A DNA stretch of 64,000 bases from Sarea resinae (Eukaryota). The stretch lies in NCBI GenBank assembly GCA_026026165.1, contig JAPEUD010000011.1, positions 62,001 to 126,000 on the forward strand, in the 5' to 3' direction. Positions 63,449 through 64,000 of this stretch are shown in pieces (within the stretch, counting starts at the first letter, position 1; each line of letters opens with the position of its first letter). Under the pieces are notes generated by a model. It had not been told where the DNA came from. It did no database searches and saw only the letters and a program-made list of their open reading frames with translations. The translations under genes and the position numbers were made by a program.

Positions 63449-64000
63449 GCTGTGCTTGACCCCTTAGCAATTCCGCTCTGTCCATCCCTTTAGCCCTGTG
63501 ACCTGGCTATCGCAGCAAGGGACCTCAACCGCCCATCGCAAAGAAAACCCTGAAGGCTGGCGCGTGTCCGGGTCCTTTGTGTCCTCTCCCCGCTTGACAA
63601 TCCAGTCAACAACCCTGGCTCATTCGCATAAGCAGCCGGCCGTCTCCCCGACCGTCAAAGTGCATTCTTCAAAGAGCTGGTCTCAAGTACCTCGTCCCCA
63701 TTTCAAAGCCCGGGGATGGTGGGTTCGTAGCATTGAAGCGCTTCGAATGATGGGATGCGAGCTAATCACAGTATACAGTCACACACTTGCGAGTCCGACC
63801 CCCCTTGCGCGTTCGTCAGTCATGCCGCGCTCTCTGCTCGCTCCTTCCACCCTTGAACTTCATCACTCTTCACTATGCTTATTTTATCACATTATGTCTC
63901 CTTGCGAGTGTCATATTTTGGGGAAGCTCGACACCGGCCCGCAGCGTCACCTATATCGACTCATTGTTCTTGACCGTAAGTGCCATGACAGGAACGGGCC

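Noticed and set aside
1..64000. Stop-codon readthrough (TGA CTA) isoforms, CRISPR arrays, intact transposons, or a secondary-metabolite cluster around laeA and the thioesterase
   Set aside because: No gene ends in TGA-CTA, and I saw no repeat-spacer array, transposase or RT motifs, or PKS/NRPS gene.

Overview
This is eukaryotic DNA from a filamentous ascomycete (Pezizomycotina): short GT..AG introns with CTRAY branch points and no prokaryotic features. I reconstructed 16 protein-coding genes by hand-splicing. In order they are a small conserved ORF, an SDR oxidoreductase, a hybrid histidine kinase, a HET-C homolog, an unknown Ser-rich protein, a Clr5-domain protein, DLD1, RPB10, UTP17/NAN1, a stand-alone thioesterase, an unknown CWxL-repeat protein, TOA1 (TFIIA large subunit), CDC20, a Ral2-like kelch/BTB protein, a second SDR and a LaeA methyltransferase. 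I found no tRNA, rRNA, transposon ORF or CRISPR array, and no clearly new multi-gene system. The most unusual signals are: (1) AT-rich microsatellite islands with RIP-like CpA>TpA decay, three of them between convergent gene pairs whose 3' ends look GC-rich; (2) an over-represented TACTCCGGAGTA/TACGGAGTA intergenic motif family; (3) an intact SDR ORF with no usable ATG; (4) long introns with visible stem-loops in TOA1 and the Clr5 gene; (5) a weak GAG acceptor on an in-frame laeA intron. All gene models and family calls come from manual reading, without database searches.
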